64,000 nucleotides of DNA, taken from contig JAMWBK010000006.1 of NCBI GenBank assembly GCA_029953675.1, positions 930,001-994,000 of the forward strand, written 5' to 3'. Positions 60,402 through 64,000 of the stretch are shown here, piece by piece; positions within the stretch are counted from its first letter, which is position 1, and each line of letters starts with the position of its first letter. The stretch comes from Rhodosorus marinus CCMP1338. Taxonomy: Eukaryota; Plantae; Rhodophyta. Both the position numbers and the translations under genes were made by a program. The notes beneath the pieces are model-generated. The model saw only the letters and a list, made by a program, of their open reading frames with translations. It searched no databases and was not told where the DNA came from.

Positions 60402-62878
60402 ATGGGCTTTTGGGGAGGTGGGGGTGGGAGGGAGATTAGGAGGGTTAGGCGAGCGGCTGTTTACACTGGCGTTCTGCTTGCCTCTTGTTATTTATTTGGA
60501 GCTCTTGAAGATTGGGTAGGAATTGGTGAAAAGGAAAGTGTCGGCCTTGAAGTGTCGTCAAGGATCCTTACCAGGGTCCCTGTGTTAGGCGAGGATGAAA
60601 TGACGTGTGTGAAGGAAGTGATGGCTCAGAGAGACGTGGCATCTGCAACTCGATGTACTGGGATTAAGAGGTGTGTTTCCGAAGGAAGGCTGTCGGAAGC
60701 GGAGGACTTTATAGGTTATTTGGAGCTCCATTTCTGCCGAATTGCGGGGGAAAATTGGATTTCCATTCCGCTCTTTTCTCTATTCCTGGCGTCCCTAATT
60801 TACATCATGATCTGGATTGCCGACGACTACCTATCACCCTCGCTTGCGGGGATCGCTGATGTTCTCCAGCTTTCTCCAGAAGTAGCAGGGGTCACATTCC
60901 TCGCTCTCGGAAACGGAGCACCGGATATCAGGTACGCACAGAGTGGAGTGCCTCGGATCTCGACCGATACCAGCCCGTTGAGAAATTCTTACTAGGCTGA
61001 CAAGAAGAATACCTGATTTACTGTTCTTGTTCGGCAGTTCGACGTTTGCGTCTGTACAGTCTAAGACTTTCTCTATAGCGGCCTCCGAACTAATTGGTTC
61101 GGCCATGTTTATCACTACAGTTGTGGTCGCGTCGGTTGGTTGGGTCTCGCATGCTGCGCTGGACCGCAGGTCGTTCCTGCACAATGCGATATTTCTACTC
61201 GGGGCTGTCGTTGCGCTGACCTCAGTGATCTACCGCGGCCAGATCCAGCTCTTCGAAGCCGGATTCTTCATCCTCTACTATTGTGCTTACCTTTTTCTGG
61301 TCCTGTACATGGAGTCCAATGGTAAAGGCAAAATATCACGTTCAATGCAGTGGAGTAAGTTCGGTGGAAACCCGTTGCCACACCCAACGGCTGCTCTCGT
61401 GACCTAATGCTTTCATGTTCGAATTGCTTCTTTTGCAGAAGCTGAGGGTGCTGATGTGGAGGAATCTGATGGCGAAGATATAACCATTCGCTCAATTGAC
61501 CGTCTGAATGCAAATATGTGCATGGACGTGGCCTATGAGTCTGTGCAACTAGAAGAATCGGATGACGGGGAAACGCCTCGTTCAGACCTTGCAATATCAG
61601 ATTCAGATGTAGAAATCGCTGGTGGGGAATCCAAACTAGGAGCAAGTTTAAACGAACTTTTACGATCAACAACGGAACTGCTGAGATCGACGCGGGAGCT
61701 TTTCGTGGGGTTCCAGCAGAAGTTTAGAGTGGTGTTCAACTTTCCACAGACCCCACTTCAGCACATTCTACGCTTTACGGTTCCTCCGATGGTGCGACCT
61801 GATGACGAATGGAACCCATGGGCGCGTTTTACGTTTCTGATGGTGCCAATTACTCTGCCCCTGTTCATTGCTGCGGTATTGGGCTGGCTTCATGTTGAAT
61901 TGTTTTTCAAGATTCCGTTGTGGTGAGTACCATCACGGGGTTCAAAGCAGAGGCCTTTTACAACGTTTTGGCTGCAGACAGGCTGGTCTCCAACGCATCG
62001 TAGCGCCCTGACGAATTGGCGTCGTCTGTGCAACTGTTCAGGTCCCTCATTGTTATTTTTGGTTGCGCCGCGAGCGCGGTGTTGTTTTTCATGCTGCCGA
62101 AGGATGAAGCACCCGATCTAGGTCTCGCTGCGTACCTGATAGGGTTTGTCGCCTGCGTTTTTTGGTTGTTTGTTACCGCGAGAGAGGTTGTTCGGGTATT
62201 GAAGGCAATCGGCACGTTGCTGCGGGTATGTCCGACGTTAATCATTCTGGAGATTTAATTACTCCGTCTCTTGATGCCACAGTTGCTGATATTTCTCTGC
62301 CCATTCTGTGACTCAGATTTCATATTCGATTCTTGGAATGACCGTGCTTGCGTGGGGCAACTCTATAGGGGACGTGGTATCGAATTCGGCAATTGCCAAG
62401 CAGGGGAGCCCGAAAACGGCTGTTGCTGCTTGTCTGAGCTCCCCGCTGTTCAACTTAGTCTTTTCGCTCGGGGCTGCGCTTACTATTCAATGCATCCAGC
62501 AATACCCAGAGCCGTACATGTAAGCACTTCACGGCTCCAATGTGCGCTTGACAAACCTGGCCGCGTCGTGCACCATGTACTGACCAACGCGGCACTGGAT
62601 TGTTTTAGGGTTAAGCACATGGGGGCTCCTTTTTTCAATACGGTAGCATTCCTGTGCTTCGGTTTGATCATGACTGCTGTCGTTGTGTCAAGAAACAACT
62701 ATGTGGTTACGAGGGGCTACGCCAAGATTCTTCTAGGCCTGTACGTAACCTATGGGGTCGTCAATATAATGGTTGTTACGTAAGTGGACACACTATGTAG
62801 GGGTACAATGAGTTGAGCGAGTTGCTAACATGCGATGCTTCGTTCTCTATTAGCTTGCATGTTAAGCTCCCTTGGTGA
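60402..62878 (+). CDS. Cation/Ca2+ exchanger (CCX/NCLX family), multi-exon
   Basis: Alpha-1 repeat VAGVTFLALGNGAPDI and alpha-2 repeat LGMTVLAWGNSIGD...A..G.P..A.AAC.SSPLFN. Multiple hydrophobic helices and an acidic central loop. Confidence 0.93.
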
Positions 62879-64000
62879 GACCGGACAGCGTGCTTTCGGC
62901 TGCTAAACTTGTGTATTGGAAAGAATTGAGAAGAGCGTCCAACCTCGGTGGATGCGCGGTAGGCTTACTAATCCATTGAATCAAAACCAGGACGTCGCAG
63001 GGAGGCATTTAGAAAATGAATCATACTCAAACGCACTGGATGTGCAAGATCTATGATTTACATCCCAATCCCCCGAGTTCCAGATTCGTGCAAACTAACA
63101 CTATATAAATTGAAACCAAAAGCTCTTGACTAGCCCACTCGCTCCATATTGCGGCACTCGCGGAACGCGAGCCCCGATCGCTCGCTACAAGTTCCACCCC
63201 GCGGCTCACAGTTTAAGAAATGGGAAGCGAAAATGGGAAGGCGGCGTCCGTAGCCAACACCCAACCTCTACCTTTGAGATGGGTCGAACCAGGTCTGCTT
63301 TGGAAAGTGGCTTCGTCGTCGTGCGACACTACTATGCTAAACAAGCAGGCTCCTAAAACCCTAACTAAATCTCTTGCTCGAAGCGAAACCCCAAAAACCC
63401 CCTAGAGGATCTACCCAAGAACCGGGTTGACTGGTGACTAGAGCTTTGATCAAGCCCATCGCGACTGACTGACTGACATTCACCAGCAGACTAACAACCG
63501 ACCACTACCCTTCGACTATACTAGACATGATTACAGCCTTTACATCAGAAGAGAGAAAAAAAAAGAAACGCCATAGACAGCCCATTCACCACACCCTATA
63601 GGGCAACCAGCTCCTATGACAACCACCACATTCTTCCAAATCGAAGCTGTGGGACAGCAGATATCACCCAAGGGACAGGAAACACCCGTCTCTTTTTTTA
63701 CATTTCACAAACGTCCAAAAAACATCACATTTCCTTTTTTTTTCCTGCAAAAATATCCGGCACCACTCCCCCCCCCTCCCGCCACTAAAACATCTTTCTA
63801 TTAAAAAAACCAATATTCAATCCATTTGTATATTTTGACTGCATATTTATATTTTGAACAAAATTTCTACTCAAAAATCCTTATCGGAAAGAAACAAAAC
63901 TAGGGGTTACGAGATTTTCTTTTTTACTTCGACTGGAAATTAGTTCGATATTTTCTTTCCCTCCTAAGAAAAGCCCTACACCCACTCTCTCAACCTTTAT

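Noticed and set aside
61953-61961. GCCTTTTAC, the U5 snRNA loop I sequence
   Set aside because: It lies inside a short CCX intron, with no proper flanking stem or Sm site.

Overview
This is eukaryotic nuclear DNA from a compact, gene-dense genome with short GT-AG introns, mostly about 50-130 nt. My inference is a red alga or similar unicellular alga, based on a plastid-transit-peptide-like leader on a YqeH GTPase together with PCCB, a starch-debranching pullulanase and a Spg1/Tem1 GTPase. About 17 spliced or single-exon protein genes can be recognised. In order: an SF3B3/DDB1-family propeller protein (5'-truncated), a PWWP protein, lumazine synthase, a Spg1/Tem1 GTPase, an R3H-type protein, a large multi-module type I pullulanase, PCCB, CCDC25, a SETD9-like protein, a YqeH/NOA1-family GTPase, ETF-beta, NDOR1, NMNAT, an ACSF3-like malonyl-CoA synthetase, an SGNH hydrolase, an AGC kinase, a HAD-IIB hydrolase and a CCX-type cation/Ca exchanger. 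Intergenic islands hold heavily decayed LINE RT and Ty3/gypsy-like fragments, small tandem duplications and microsatellites. I found no tRNA, rRNA or CRISPR array, and no clear novel multi-gene system. The strongest leads are the pullulanase with up to four tandem CBM41/PUD-like modules and a Cys/His-rich catalytic-domain insertion, a bacterial-looking intronless SGNH domain beside repeat debris, LINE fossils, and several orphan transcription units predicted from strand skew. Exon boundaries were worked out by hand and all family assignments come from recalled motifs, not database searches.
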